A DNA stretch of 64,000 nucleotides from IMG/VR virus record IMGVR_UViG_3300025154_000071, positions 1 to 64,000 of that record. The stretch is one strand, 5' to 3'. Numbering within the stretch: position 1 is the first letter of the stretch; each line of letters begins with the position of its first letter. The notes under the pieces were generated by a model. It was not told the DNA's origin and made no database searches. It saw nothing but the letters and a program-made list of their open reading frames with translations. The translations under genes were made by a program, and so were the position numbers. The DNA is from a virus. Lineage: Duplodnaviria > Caudoviricetes. Below, one piece after another: positions 28,125-38,876 of this stretch.

Positions 28125-28392
28125 AAGTCACCTCATCTTTTATGTTTACAAATAAACATCCACAATCTAAACATCCTGCTTCTGCGCCAATCTTTTCAAA
28201 CTCTTTCTTGCGGCGTTCATTCCTGTTTAAGAAGCGATAATGCTCATGCTTACACTCTTTCTGCGCTTTAGACTTGGGATACGGAGCCAATTTGTTAATG
28301 TCCTTTTTAATCACTGTTTTACCACCATCCTTCGTTTTTATCGTTAACGGGAGTGCTATCGCTTTCCTTGCTATTTCCTTGAACTTCTTCAT
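28108..28392 (-). CDS. Hypothetical protein
   Basis: Co-oriented; CKH...CLDCG. Confidence 0.5.
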   Translation of the reverse strand: MKKFKEIARKAIALPLTIKTKDGGKTVIKKDINKLAPYPKSKAQKECKHEHYRFLNRNERRKKEFEKIGAEAGCLDCGCLFVNIKDEVTFGDKK

Positions 28393-29392
28393 TTACTACC
28401 CCTTCTTCTGCCTTCTTTATTTCTTTTTTAGGCGGTTCATATTCACCTTTGGTTATTTCCATTATTAATCTATAGTTGACGCATTCGCCATCTTCTTTCA
28501 TACATTTTCGCTTAAAACCGCAGAATGAATGCGCCATTTCTAATGGAGTGGCGCTTATGGCTTTCTTCTCTATCCCATCTACTGCCATGCATATTTTATA
28601 TAATGCTGTATTAATATCGCTTCCGTCAATATCTTTAAGATAATACTCAATTGCTATATTTTTCTGTTTAAGTAATACTGCATATGCAACTTTAAACTTA
28701 TAATCATAGCCATTATCTTTCAGTATATCTTTAAGAGCATAAGCATATAAAGGCAGTTGCAGAGCCGTTTTGAGTTTATCTTCGGTATACCTTCTTCCTG
28801 CTGTTTTATGGTCAAGTATAATTATATCGCCAGCTTTATTACGAACAACAGCGTCAGGCCATATTTGTAAATAATGGCTATCAATGTATTTGCGTGTTGA
28901 TGGGTCTTCAATCGGAACACCAACGCCAAATTCTTGTGCCGGCATCATATTGCCGTCATTTCCTTTAATCGAAAGCAATTCAAATTCCTGTTCGACCAAC
29001 CATTTAAGTATAACTGGAATAGAACCAAAACTCATTTTTTTAATATCTTCATATTCTTTGCTATCAAGGTTATGATTCTCGAACTCTTTAGCGAATGCTT
29101 TATGCCATTCTGGAATTAATACTTTGTCGATATACTCCTGATTAACTGTCTTATAGAAGTTTTTATCGTTATAAGCATCAAGTAATATCTTTTCACAGAT
29201 CGTATGATGAACCTGACCGAATGCAAGGTTATCGCTCCAAGGCTCTTTTTCTTTAAGAATATATTTAAGCGCCCATTTAAGTGAACACATGCTATAGCAT
29301 TCCACTTTGGAATTGCTTACATGCTCCATTCCATCTTTGTACCATTCTTCTTTCTTAGGCATTATTATTTTTGTAAAATCGCGGTCTCCCAT
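28319..29392 (-). CDS. PD-(D/E)xK Cas4/RecB-like exonuclease
   Basis: SNSK...C, FGQVHH, E...V, PDAV, ILDHKT, QLPLYAYA, C.F...C. Confidence 0.85.
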   Translation of the reverse strand: MGDRDFTKIIMPKKEEWYKDGMEHVSNSKVECYSMCSLKWALKYILKEKEPWSDNLAFGQVHHTICEKILLDAYNDKNFYKTVNQEYIDKVLIPEWHKAFAKEFENHNLDSKEYEDIKKMSFGSIPVILKWLVEQEFELLSIKGNDGNMMPAQEFGVGVPIEDPSTRKYIDSHYLQIWPDAVVRNKAGDIIILDHKTAGRRYTEDKLKTALQLPLYAYALKDILKDNGYDYKFKVAYAVLLKQKNIAIEYYLKDIDGSDINTALYKICMAVDGIEKKAISATPLEMAHSFCGFKRKCMKEDGECVNYRLIMEITKGEYEPPKKEIKKAEEGVVNEEVQGNSKESDSTPVNDKNEGWW

Positions 29393-29402
29393 AAATCACC
29401 CC

Positions 29403-29663
29403 TTAATCCTTCATAAAATCAGCCGGCATGCCCTGTGCTTTAAACATTCGCTTAGCAGACATTCCGTCTTTGTCAACTTTAAATCCTTTTAACTTACATC
29501 CGTTGCCTATCATGGCATTGATATTTCCATATATTGTAACTTCATATCCCTGGAATCGACCGAAGTTATCCACGGCATCCACTCTTATCTTATCGAAAGC
29601 ATATTTGCTAAGGTACTGTATGTCTTCGCATGAAAAGAAGAAATACGATGATTTGCATTCCAT
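29403..29663 (-). CDS. Hypothetical protein
   Basis: TAATG coupling to thyX. Confidence 0.55.
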   Translation of the reverse strand: MECKSSYFFFSCEDIQYLSKYAFDKIRVDAVDNFGRFQGYEVTIYGNINAMIGNGCKLKGFKVDKDGMSAKRMFKAQGMPADFMKD

Positions 29664-30385
29664 TAGAAAAGCTCCTTATATTTTTCTCTTATATTAGATA
29701 TAATTGCATCTTTTGTTGAACTAGACTCTATTATAGATAATAGCTCTTTAATAGATAGTTTAACATTAGCTTGCATAAAATCCAATAGTTCTTGAGAGTT
29801 TTTATCTACCATATTATATAATTTTTTAAACATTATTTCAACTAAATCTTTTATTTCTGCCTGAGCATGATTCGATGACCGTTGCTCATAAATATGGAAG
29901 AACTCCCTTAGATTAACGACCATTCTAAATCTTGTTGGCGTGGCATTAGGTAGAACGCAACGTGCATCCTCTGGTTTAATTCCTTGTGAAATAAGCCCAC
30001 GATATAATACATTTATAACATCTTCAAATGTATTATCATATATAACCATTTCTCTCTCTGGATTGCATATATCTCTTATTGACGGTGGAATTATTAATTT
30101 AATATCTTCTTTATAATTAACATACCGTTGGCTCTCAACTGAAAACGAAGCATGGCGATAACGTGTTATCTGGGCCAATAGCGACCTCGAAACATCTTCA
30201 ACAAGAAAATCTATATTAATACTTTCGAACGGTGTCTGATGCCCATCTTTCCACAACTGCTTGCACCTATTTAAATCCTGGTCGGCTGTTGATTCTTTCT
30301 CATCACGACGATAACACACTCTCGCAAACTCGGCAATGTATTTAGTTAAATTATCTGTTGTAATGCTCTTGATGACTACTTCCAT
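29663..30385 (-). CDS. thyX: FAD-dependent thymidylate synthase
   Basis: GHQTPFE, SRSLLAQITRYRHASFSVESQRY, EDAR.VLP, N.RE..H...R...HAQ.EI. Confidence 0.95.
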   Translation of the reverse strand: MEVVIKSITTDNLTKYIAEFARVCYRRDEKESTADQDLNRCKQLWKDGHQTPFESINIDFLVEDVSRSLLAQITRYRHASFSVESQRYVNYKEDIKLIIPPSIRDICNPEREMVIYDNTFEDVINVLYRGLISQGIKPEDARCVLPNATPTRFRMVVNLREFFHIYEQRSSNHAQAEIKDLVEIMFKKLYNMVDKNSQELLDFMQANVKLSIKELLSIIESSSTKDAIISNIREKYKELF

Positions 30386-30397
30386 TGTAATCCCTCC

Positions 30398-30694
30398 TTA
30401 TGGAATAACATTATAATATGGTCTCATATACCCATCTATTTCACTACGTAATTCTTTAAATTTAATAAAATCTATTTCTTTTGCTTTAATATATAAAGCC
30501 ATCGCTGATATTGCTATATTAAGTTTATAAAGCCTAATAAATATGGCTTTATCATATTTTATACGCTTTTTTCGACCAACTCCATCGCGTTTAATATTCT
30601 CAAATAAATATTCTATATTAGAATATACGTCTTTAAGAAACTCTTCACTTGCTTCTTCTGAAAATTGTTTAAATAAATTTTCTTTTATTTCCAT
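30398..30694 (-). CDS. Hypothetical protein
   Basis: GGAG RBS; co-oriented. Confidence 0.55.
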   Translation of the reverse strand: MEIKENLFKQFSEEASEEFLKDVYSNIEYLFENIKRDGVGRKKRIKYDKAIFIRLYKLNIAISAMALYIKAKEIDFIKFKELRSEIDGYMRPYYNVIP

Positions 30695-33600
30695 ATCTCC
30701 TCCGCTAATTTATAGTCCATTATATTAAACCCCTTGACCAGTGTTTTATCTCTTCCGATATATTCATTCACTTTCATCTGGAATATAAATTTACTCCCTA
30801 TCGTTAGTTTATCTGCGTTAAACTTATTATCCCAGCATGTGGCATAGAATCCATATGTCATTGTTTTAGGCTGTACTCGCAATGAATACATGTTGTTGCC
30901 ATTCGCTGTTTTCTTTTCCTTTACATCTGTTACTTCACCATACATAAATACTATATCGTTATCCTTTAGTGCATCTTTCTGTCGATAGCTATGTATCGTT
31001 GTCCCAAGGATATAAGGCATATATTTAAAGTCAGGGTCACTTGGACTATATCCAAGGTATTCAATTTCATGTGCTATCTTTTCACGATCTGTAAAATCAC
31101 TCATGTCCATTATCGGGAACTCATGAGCAGGACACATATCTAAAACAGGTCGCTTAGGTTCTTTGGCAGATGTTTTCTTTCCTTTAGCTGTTGCTATTTC
31201 TATTTTAGATTTGTAGTCGCGCATCTTTTTATTATACTCTGACCACTCTGCTTTAAGTTTATGATAACTGCTAACTGTTTCAAGTAACGAGCGACGATTA
31301 ATTCCTTTAATTAATGTATCGCAAGCGCCAGATAATATCATCGCTTCATATTGAGACTTAGGCATATTAAACAATAAATCAATTAAATCGTTATCATTTT
31401 CCATCTTGGTTGATTTAGCTGCCATTTGATTTGACATATCCATTATTGTATTTAAGCCAAGATAGATTGATTTATTCTCTTTATCTCCATATGTTATAGC
31501 CGGCGAGAATCTTATGTTTGGCGCATGAATTGGTATCTTCATTCTCATACATTCATGGATGTAAGGAACAACTGCTTCACGCTTTCCATCATTGTTAGCA
31601 TCTATAACAGCGGCCATAAATTCAATAGGATAATATCGTTTGTAATACGCGGTTGCATATGAATTGAATGAATATGCTACGGCATGAGATTTATTAAATA
31701 GATATTCGCAATTAGAGAAGTAAGCATCCCATATCTTTATTGCTATATCCTCTTTGCCAGTACGCTTAACATATCCGTCAATAAACTTCTGCCTCATCGT
31801 TGGTATTTTACTTTCCTGTTTCTTGGCGATAATCTTACGCAAGTCATCTGCTTCTTTAAGATTAAAGCCACACAAATCTTTCGCTATTGCCATCTGTTGC
31901 TCTTGATACGCTAACACATAATTAGTTTCATGAAGTATTGGTTTAAGCAGCGGGTCATCAAGAACTATTTCATGTTCTGCTTTTGTTCTGTTCCTCATGT
32001 ATTGCTCAAGGAACATCTTAGCGCCAGGGCGACCAAGTGCAGTAAGAGCGCATATGTCTGCAAATGATTTAGGTTTAAACTCAAGACATAATCTCTGTAG
32101 TTCTTTGCCATAGTCGAATTGGAACACACCAGATGTTTGTCCGGTTGTGAATAGGTTAAGAACCTCTGGGTCATTCTTATCTAACATCTTCCATGAGTGC
32201 ATCGTATGTTCTGGCTTATTAATGCTCTTGATTGCGTCATTAATTATGTCCACTGTTTTAAGGCCAAGTATATCAAGTTTCATAAAACCAGATCGGTCAA
32301 GCATTTTCATATCCCATTCTGTTGTTTGTGATATTGCTGACATAGCTTCATTTTTAGACTTATTTGTCATCGTTGGACATAAATTTTCTAAACTATCTGA
32401 TGCTATAACGATGCCACAGGCATGAACTGATTTATTAGATACACACCCAACTATTGCCATACAATCACGTTTAATGTCCTCGGCATATGGGTTAGAATCT
32501 AATAGTTCATTGATTGCTTTAATGGTAAATAGTTCCTGCATCTCTTGTTTGACGGCAGATAAGTTGATTTCAGATTGTTCTATACTATCATCCTCTTCTT
32601 CTTCTATATGCCGACCATCCTTTAATGCTTCATTAACTTGTTCATATGTAACACCATAAAATTTACATACTGCTTTAAAAGTGGATTTAGGTCTAAAAAA
32701 TGAAAAATTACAGATCATGGCCGTTTTGTCAGAACTATATTTTGATACCATATACTTTATTACTTTATGTCTGTTCTCAGAAGATATATCCAGGTCGATA
32801 TCTGCGAGTTGATTCTTTCTGCCGGCATTATAAAACCTTTCCCACAGAAGGCTATATTCTAACGGGTCTACAGAATGTATATTCGCAAGATAGGCCACCA
32901 TGGCCCCTCCTGCGCTGCCGCGGCCCGTGCCGAAGCCAATATTTTCGGATCGGCAATAGTTTAGGATGTCCCACACTATTAAAAGATAATCATAAATGTT
33001 TGCCTCTTCAATATCTTTTAATTCGTGCCGAACTCTATCGATATATTCTTGAGCATTGGGCTTATCGAGTATCCCTTTTTCTTTAATGCCAATATGACAT
33101 AGGTATCTGAGAAACTTTAATGATAATGGTTGTGCTTTGTGCTCTGTATCTATTTCTAAGAAGTGGTTAAATTCTCTATCGCTGATTGCCGTCATATCAT
33201 AGGTCATATTCAGTTTTGACCTATCTGGATAAATAGAGAATGTTTCAACTTTATCTGCCATTGCTTGCCCATTGTCTAATGCTTTCATTAATGCTATTAC
33301 ATGTGGCGCTTCTCCGCCCTCAACGCCTTTGCCTATTTCCTTGTGGTTTTCATCCCACAATTTATATAACTCATCTTCGGTCATAAGCCAGAAGTCATGG
33401 CTATCAAATGCGAACCTATATTTTTTCTTTGCTCCGGTTCCATCTTCTTCTCTATTCTCTGCCTCTGCATTCTTCTTCGGGTCAGCAATTGTGGCCCTCA
33501 TATTAATGCCAAGAAGAGTTTCTTGTGCCTTCGCCTCAGATAAGTTCATATAATGTGTGTCTATGCCAATGATATAAGGTAATTCGTGTTCAATTGCTAA

Positions 33601-34152
33601 TTTATAAATGCTATTATTAATTGTTTGTTGTGATGGAAGCGAATTAGGTTGCAATTCTAAATATAAATCATCTTTAAAGATTGATTTAAGTCGCTCTAAG
33701 TTATCAATAGCTAGGTCAGGTCGTGAGTTCATAATAGGCATCGCTAATGGCCCCGCAAAGCATGCTGTCGTGCATATTAATCCTTCGCTATGGTTTGCCA
33801 AATCATCGAATGATGTTAACGGAACATAATGGGAATTAATATGTGATGACTTAAATAGTTTAAGTAGATTATTCCAGCCTATTTTATTTTTGCATATCGT
33901 AATGATATGCATTTTTTCTTGTGGATTTGTGGTTAATTTAATTTCTGATTTTAAATAAAACTCGCATCCAATAAGAGGTTTAATATCGTTAGCGATACAT
34001 TCATCGTAAAAATCAAGAGAGCCTCCTATTGAGCCATGATCTGTAATTGCCAATGCTTTATATCCGCGATCCTTGGCCGACTTAACTAAATCCTTGATAC
34101 GAACAAGAGAATCCTTGGCGGAAAAGCATGTATGAACATGAGAATGTATCAT
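30685..34152 (-). CDS. dnaE: DNA polymerase III alpha subunit (family C)
   Basis: PHP HSHVHT..S..D, AITDHG; GRGSAGG, ERF.N..R...DIDLD, HACG, K.DILGL, GVFQF, RPG, YQEQ, FNKSHAVAY, Y.K.YYP.EF; C-terminal OB fold. Confidence 0.97.
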   Translation of the reverse strand: MIHSHVHTCFSAKDSLVRIKDLVKSAKDRGYKALAITDHGSIGGSLDFYDECIANDIKPLIGCEFYLKSEIKLTTNPQEKMHIITICKNKIGWNNLLKLFKSSHINSHYVPLTSFDDLANHSEGLICTTACFAGPLAMPIMNSRPDLAIDNLERLKSIFKDDLYLELQPNSLPSQQTINNSIYKLAIEHELPYIIGIDTHYMNLSEAKAQETLLGINMRATIADPKKNAEAENREEDGTGAKKKYRFAFDSHDFWLMTEDELYKLWDENHKEIGKGVEGGEAPHVIALMKALDNGQAMADKVETFSIYPDRSKLNMTYDMTAISDREFNHFLEIDTEHKAQPLSLKFLRYLCHIGIKEKGILDKPNAQEYIDRVRHELKDIEEANIYDYLLIVWDILNYCRSENIGFGTGRGSAGGAMVAYLANIHSVDPLEYSLLWERFYNAGRKNQLADIDLDISSENRHKVIKYMVSKYSSDKTAMICNFSFFRPKSTFKAVCKFYGVTYEQVNEALKDGRHIEEEEDDSIEQSEINLSAVKQEMQELFTIKAINELLDSNPYAEDIKRDCMAIVGCVSNKSVHACGIVIASDSLENLCPTMTNKSKNEAMSAISQTTEWDMKMLDRSGFMKLDILGLKTVDIINDAIKSINKPEHTMHSWKMLDKNDPEVLNLFTTGQTSGVFQFDYGKELQRLCLEFKPKSFADICALTALGRPGAKMFLEQYMRNRTKAEHEIVLDDPLLKPILHETNYVLAYQEQQMAIAKDLCGFNLKEADDLRKIIAKKQESKIPTMRQKFIDGYVKRTGKEDIAIKIWDAYFSNCEYLFNKSHAVAYSFNSYATAYYKRYYPIEFMAAVIDANNDGKREAVVPYIHECMRMKIPIHAPNIRFSPAITYGDKENKSIYLGLNTIMDMSNQMAAKSTKMENDNDLIDLLFNMPKSQYEAMILSGACDTLIKGINRRSLLETVSSYHKLKAEWSEYNKKMRDYKSKIEIATAKGKKTSAKEPKRPVLDMCPAHEFPIMDMSDFTDREKIAHEIEYLGYSPSDPDFKYMPYILGTTIHSYRQKDALKDNDIVFMYGEVTDVKEKKTANGNNMYSLRVQPKTMTYGFYATCWDNKFNADKLTIGSKFIFQMKVNEYIGRDKTLVKGFNIMDYKLAEEIWK

Positions 34153-34162
34153 GCTTGCTCCT

Positions 34163-34504
34163 TTATTTTACTGTTATTATTTTAGACATATCCCTCAATT
34201 TTTCAATAAAGCCTTTAAACTGTGTTGATGCGAATGGCAAGACATAGACGTTCTTCTCTAATGTGTCAAGAATATCTGTTTCTGATATTTCGAATAATAT
34301 TCTTAATATATGCCCTATCTCAACTTCAGATAAAGAGTAGGTCTTTTTATCATATTTATTTTTAGCTTTTATTTTTATATAAGTATAGTCCATATCTTTT
34401 TTATCCCTTGATAATTTTACCTGAGATATTGAGTTCATTGATACATCAATTGACTCTCTATGGTTATATGTTGCCTCTTCGTCTTGTTTCATTATAATGT
34501 CCAT
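34163..34504 (-). CDS. Hypothetical protein
   Basis: AAGGAG RBS. Confidence 0.6.
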   Translation of the reverse strand: MDIIMKQDEEATYNHRESIDVSMNSISQVKLSRDKKDMDYTYIKIKAKNKYDKKTYSLSEVEIGHILRILFEISETDILDTLEKNVYVLPFASTQFKGFIEKLRDMSKIITVK

Positions 34505-34679
34505 ACTTGCTCCTTCATCTGTTCAAATCTTTAATATTTTTTATAGTAACATTTCTTGAACTGTCTGAAAAAATGTGAGATAACGCCAGCCACAATGCAA
34601 TCCACCACAAAGTATTTTGTATTGCACTAAGATTATTATTTATATTAACAAGAATTTCATTGGTTTCCATATTTGCTCC

Positions 34680-34973
34680 TTAAAAAAGTGACGGTTTTTC
34701 CTCTATTACTTTTTCTTTCTTTCTTGATACTTTGGCAACTTCTGGCTGTTGTGTTTTCTTCCATATTACATACTGTATCTTCGTCATTTCAAGTATGGCC
34801 GGTTCATCGTAACAGACGTTAAATATTTTATTACATCTTCTGCAATATACACAGACATTTACTTCGGATAAATCTGGAAACATTATTGCGCTTACTATAC
34901 CAGATTCCACTGAATCCTGCCATGTATTTTGTTTGCACTTGGGACATAGAACTATATTTTTTTCTAACATCAT
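34680..34973 (-). CDS. Zn-ribbon protein
   Basis: CPKC...CRRC..F.V.Y. Confidence 0.6.
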   Translation of the reverse strand: MMLEKNIVLCPKCKQNTWQDSVESGIVSAIMFPDLSEVNVCVYCRRCNKIFNVCYDEPAILEMTKIQYVIWKKTQQPEVAKVSRKKEKVIEEKPSLF

Positions 34974-34990
34974 TTGCTCCTTAAATAGAA

Positions 34991-35016
34991 TAGAAGCGAG
35001 ATCGCTCTCGCCTCTA
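34991..35016 (-). terminator. Hairpin with GNRA loop after ssb
   Basis: UAGAGGCGAGA-GCGA-UCUCGCUUCUA followed by UUCUAUUU. Confidence 0.6.
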
Positions 35017-35040
35017 TCTCTTATTTAGTTATTCGATTGA

Positions 35041-35577
35041 CTATACGCCCCAATGCTGATTATTATTGCCCTGCGGATATACGGGCGGCTGGGCCGAAGG
35101 AGGCGCCTGTTGCTGATACTGGCTCTGCGGAGCATACTGCTGCGGCTGAGGCTGCTGATACTGCTGAGGATTAAACTGCTGCTGACCCTGAACGGGAGGC
35201 TGTGCGGGAACTCTAGGATGCAGATAAGTTGCGGCATCATAATTAGTTCTCATATTGGGCATTATGATAGAAACCTGACCACTCTGATAGTTAGCAATTA
35301 CCTGAGCTTCAAGATTCTTTTTGAAGTCTTCATTTGCTACGCCACCACGATAGTTGTTGTTCCATTTGCCTTCGGTAGTTTTCCACGGTGCATTAGCGAT
35401 CTCAAACCATATGCCGCCATCTTTTTTAGTTTTCAATTCGCCTTTAAGATAGATAAGGTCGTTGAAAAGCATCATCACATTAATTTTGGTGCCGGCCTGT
35501 GTCTGTTTAACCTCGAAATTGCAAGCGGTAAGGATTAACTGTGGTTTCATCTGGTTGTTCATTTTATTCTCCTTCAT
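35041..35577 (-). CDS. Putative single-stranded DNA-binding protein
   Basis: OB-like beta N-terminus (W.....K...GKW) plus Q/P-rich tail; next to dnaB. Confidence 0.6.
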   Translation of the reverse strand: MKENKMNNQMKPQLILTACNFEVKQTQAGTKINVMMLFNDLIYLKGELKTKKDGGIWFEIANAPWKTTEGKWNNNYRGGVANEDFKKNLEAQVIANYQSGQVSIIMPNMRTNYDAATYLHPRVPAQPPVQGQQQFNPQQYQQPQPQQYAPQSQYQQQAPPSAQPPVYPQGNNNQHWGV

Positions 35578-36988
35578 TACTAAATTGTTTTTGATACGTT
35601 TTGAAATTATTTTGTTTTTGTTTAGAGTTCTGTAAATTAATCATAGATTCAATATAGATTATATCTTGCTGAATACACTCTTCAATAATGCCACTCATTG
35701 TATTATGTTTTAGCCATATGCTAAACTCTCTGCCGAACCTATCCTTTTTCAATCCAAACTTAAGATAACGATACATATTCGGATTATCTGTTTTTGGATT
35801 TACTACCTCTGGTGACCAGAGCATCATAACCTTATCGCTATTCTGCTCAATACCAGAGGCTCCTTTCAAATCTGCCAAGCCAGGTTCTCTTTGAACGATT
35901 GAGCCATCTGTTCTCATTTTGATATCATCTTTACGATGTAGATGACTAACTAAGAATATTGTTACTTTATATTTATTTGCTAATATTTTAAGTTCTGATG
36001 TAATCCAATCTATACGTTCGCGCTCTGATAACTTAGAGCCAGGCATCTTGATTAACTGTAATAAATCGATTACAAAGAATTTAAAACCCTTAGGAACCAT
36101 TGCTCGTATTGCGTTTGTTATATCGGAATAGTTATATAAATCATCCCTTACAAATATTGGTGTTTTAGCCATTTGTATTGCTGACTGTTCTATTTCAAGG
36201 AATCTCTCATCTGGTATTTCTTTTCGTATGAGTTGGTCTGCTGTTATACATCCATTGAGATAGTGAACTATTCTGCGAGATAACATCTGCTCGATTGGCA
36301 TTTCAAGTGAAAACATACAACACGGCACATTATACATTTGTGCGATATACTCAAGTATTTGCACGGCGATAAGCGTTTTGCCAACGCCTGTATCTGCAGC
36401 AAGTGTTATAAGTTGAGATAATGCAATGCCACGAGCTGTTATTAAATTATCAATTACTCTAATTCCTGTTTTATATATATCTTCCTTACGGTTGATATAT
36501 GACATGAAATCGCCGGCATAAAGGCTATTGTCTTTAACTTCGTATTTGGCTAACCCCGTTAAGGCGATTGTATAAGCGTCATTAATATTACTTACAGCAT
36601 CCGATAGTGATTTGCATGCTAATAACGATTGCGGTAGTTTCTTTGTAAAGAATCTATGCTTATAGTGCGATAGCAGTGCTTCTATTATTTTAGGAACATC
36701 TGATATTTTAAACACGCTACGTTTGACGTTGTAAATCGGATTATTAACAGTCTCTTCTACTATCGAATGCGTAATTTGCTGTTGCCCTCTTAATACAGCC
36801 TTTATTAACTTCCCAACTGCGCTATTGCTTATCATTTCATCCGGTATATTTGGCGCTATTGATTCTATTGATGTTGGATAATCTGATATTAAGCACAGTA
36901 AGTCAACTTCACTCTGTATTACGGGGTCGCCAGATAAGTCGATAGGACAATCAGCGATCTGAGAATTTATATCTGCTATATCTGGCAT
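35564..36988 (-). CDS. dnaB: Replicative DnaB-like helicase
   Basis: LAADTGVGKT, FSLEM, VIDLLQL, SHLHR, P.LADLKGASGIEQNSDKVMML, K.R.G. Confidence 0.92.
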   Translation of the reverse strand: MPDIADINSQIADCPIDLSGDPVIQSEVDLLCLISDYPTSIESIAPNIPDEMISNSAVGKLIKAVLRGQQQITHSIVEETVNNPIYNVKRSVFKISDVPKIIEALLSHYKHRFFTKKLPQSLLACKSLSDAVSNINDAYTIALTGLAKYEVKDNSLYAGDFMSYINRKEDIYKTGIRVIDNLITARGIALSQLITLAADTGVGKTLIAVQILEYIAQMYNVPCCMFSLEMPIEQMLSRRIVHYLNGCITADQLIRKEIPDERFLEIEQSAIQMAKTPIFVRDDLYNYSDITNAIRAMVPKGFKFFVIDLLQLIKMPGSKLSERERIDWITSELKILANKYKVTIFLVSHLHRKDDIKMRTDGSIVQREPGLADLKGASGIEQNSDKVMMLWSPEVVNPKTDNPNMYRYLKFGLKKDRFGREFSIWLKHNTMSGIIEECIQQDIIYIESMINLQNSKQKQNNFKTYQKQFSNEGE

Positions 36989-36999
36989 TTATCCCGTCC

Positions 37000-38121
37000 T
37001 TAGAACAAAACTTTAGGGTCACTGTTTACAGGCTGTGCATTCTGACGTTTTATAAAATCTGATGTTGCTCTTATATGTTCAACACCAAGATTTTTAAATA
37101 TTACTTCAGTTATGCCAGTTGCCTGTGATATTAAAGATTTCTGCGCTTCCTGATTGTCAGATACGCCGATCTGTCCGAACAACGACATTAACTCGCTAAT
37201 AGCCGATGACCTTTCTGATGCTACATTGGTTGGCATAGGTGCTGCGGGAGCGACAGGCTGTTGCATTACAGGGGGCTGCTGAACATACTGAGGCTGAACT
37301 GGCTGTGCATACTGCTGGGGCTGCGGCTGATATGTCGGCTGTTGATACGGCTGCTGCTGAAATGTATTCTGTGCATACTGAACTGGAGCCTGTTCAACTG
37401 CTCTTATGGGAGCGCCAGACACCCTCCACTGTTCGAATGCAGTTCCGATGCTTTCATCCATAATAAGCTGACCGCCAAACATACCAGTTCTATCCTTAGA
37501 TGTAAAGCCATAATGGTCAAGGTTAATATCGAATACGGTAGTAAACTCATACTCAATGCCATCACGGATAATCGGGGCCATACCAACCTTACGAGGAACC
37601 TGTTTGCCCTTCTCATTGGTTTCCATGACGTAATCCTGTTTCGCTCTCATGGTACAGATTATCGTACATTTTGACTGGAGTATCGCATCAATCATTCTCT
37701 GGAATATCGGCGTTACCTGTTTCCATGCTGCATATGAGTTACTTGAATTTGAGTTGTTGACCTTATCGAGAGCGCCGCCCGTACCGTTCCATGAGTGAGA
37801 AAGGCTATCAAGTATTACAACCTGATAGTTTCCCTGTTCGGCACATTGAATTGCCTGTACATATCTTTCAGGTGCATACGGAGGGCCGAAAGGAATAACA
37901 TCGAACTGACCTATCTTTTTCGATAAGCCTTTAATATCTGCGTTTGAATATAATTCGGATGAGCTGTTTTCTGTATCGATGACGAGTATTTTTGACCAGT
38001 CTTTCGTGATGCCATAAGCTATCATAAGCGCCGATAATGTTTTGCCTGAACCTGATGGACCAGATATTGCTATTTTAGGACATACCTGAGTTCTTTCCGC
38101 TTTTCTAATTTGGAAATTCAT
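37000..38121 (-). CDS. AAA_24/Sak4-like ATPase (putative single-strand annealing recombinase)
   Basis: GPSGSGKT, VIDTE, ILDSLSH.W, K.GMAP..R.G.EYEF; Q/P-rich tail. Confidence 0.85.
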   Translation of the reverse strand: MNFQIRKAERTQVCPKIAISGPSGSGKTLSALMIAYGITKDWSKILVIDTENSSSELYSNADIKGLSKKIGQFDVIPFGPPYAPERYVQAIQCAEQGNYQVVILDSLSHSWNGTGGALDKVNNSNSSNSYAAWKQVTPIFQRMIDAILQSKCTIICTMRAKQDYVMETNEKGKQVPRKVGMAPIIRDGIEYEFTTVFDINLDHYGFTSKDRTGMFGGQLIMDESIGTAFEQWRVSGAPIRAVEQAPVQYAQNTFQQQPYQQPTYQPQPQQYAQPVQPQYVQQPPVMQQPVAPAAPMPTNVASERSSAISELMSLFGQIGVSDNQEAQKSLISQATGITEVIFKNLGVEHIRATSDFIKRQNAQPVNSDPKVLF

Positions 38122-38145
38122 TTTATTCGCTCCTTAAATATTTAA

Positions 38146-38367
38146 TTATTTTGTTTCGGGTATCTGATAAGCCATATCGTTCAATACATTGGCATGAGTT
38201 ATATTAAACTCATTAAGCGCCTGGACGACTGCCTGTTGTTTACTTAACTGCATCGCTTTCGCAATTACGTCAAACCTTAAACATACCGCATTGCTTGTGT
38301 TATCATCTTCCGGTATCTTAATATTTACTTGCACTTTGCTCTCCTCCTGCTCATTGATTTCCTCCAT
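38146..38367 (-). CDS. Ribbon-helix-helix-like regulator
   Basis: VQVNIKIP strand, F..IAK...LSK..AV..AL; first gene after a promoter. Confidence 0.55.
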   Translation of the reverse strand: MEEINEQEESKVQVNIKIPEDDNTSNAVCLRFDVIAKAMQLSKQQAVVQALNEFNITHANVLNDMAYQIPETK

Positions 38368-38374
38368 TAATCAT

Positions 38375-38403
38375 ATTTTAGCATAGATGTTTCTAAATGT
38401 CAA
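38375..38403 (-). promoter_or_regulatory. sigma70 promoter of the replication operon
   Basis: TTGACA-17 bp-TAAAAT with TG extension. Confidence 0.8.
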
Positions 38404-38498
38404 GAACTTTCTTATTATTTTTTTAACTTCTCCTTCCAAATAGACTATCCATAATAACAACTATAGCCAATAACAGCATTCCAATCAAGAAGCACCTC

Positions 38499-38867
38499 CT
38501 AGTCTACAAAGTTTAATAACATATCGGTTATATCCTCCTTTAAATTATATAATGCCGATCTGTTATTATCTTCTAATTTATCATATATCCATTTCCACAC
38601 TTCTTTCATCTTTCCTTTATTTATTCTATGATTCTTTTTTGATTTACATGCATTACATTCATTTCCTATCTTGGTCCCATTTGTTGGAAATGTCTGGTTA
38701 CATATAGCACATCGATAATATTTTTGTTTAGATTCTTTTTGATAAATATATCTACGCTCAATGCCAAATCTTTTCTTATAACATTTATTACATAGGTTAT
38801 AATTATCTTCATGCGTTTCTTTATGATCTTTAACTAACTGGCGCTGACAATCGGTGCGTCTAGTCAT
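38499..38867 (-). CDS. Cys-rich hypothetical protein
   Basis: CNKC, CAIC, CNAC pairs. Confidence 0.55.
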   Translation of the reverse strand: MTRRTDCQRQLVKDHKETHEDNYNLCNKCYKKRFGIERRYIYQKESKQKYYRCAICNQTFPTNGTKIGNECNACKSKKNHRINKGKMKEVWKWIYDKLEDNNRSALYNLKEDITDMLLNFVD

Positions 38868-38876
38868 TCCTCGCCC

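Noticed and set aside
34680-34700. C-terminal KPSLF (and PKVLF at 37000) as beta-clamp-binding motifs
   Set aside because: They lack the conserved Gln of QLxLF; too weak to claim.
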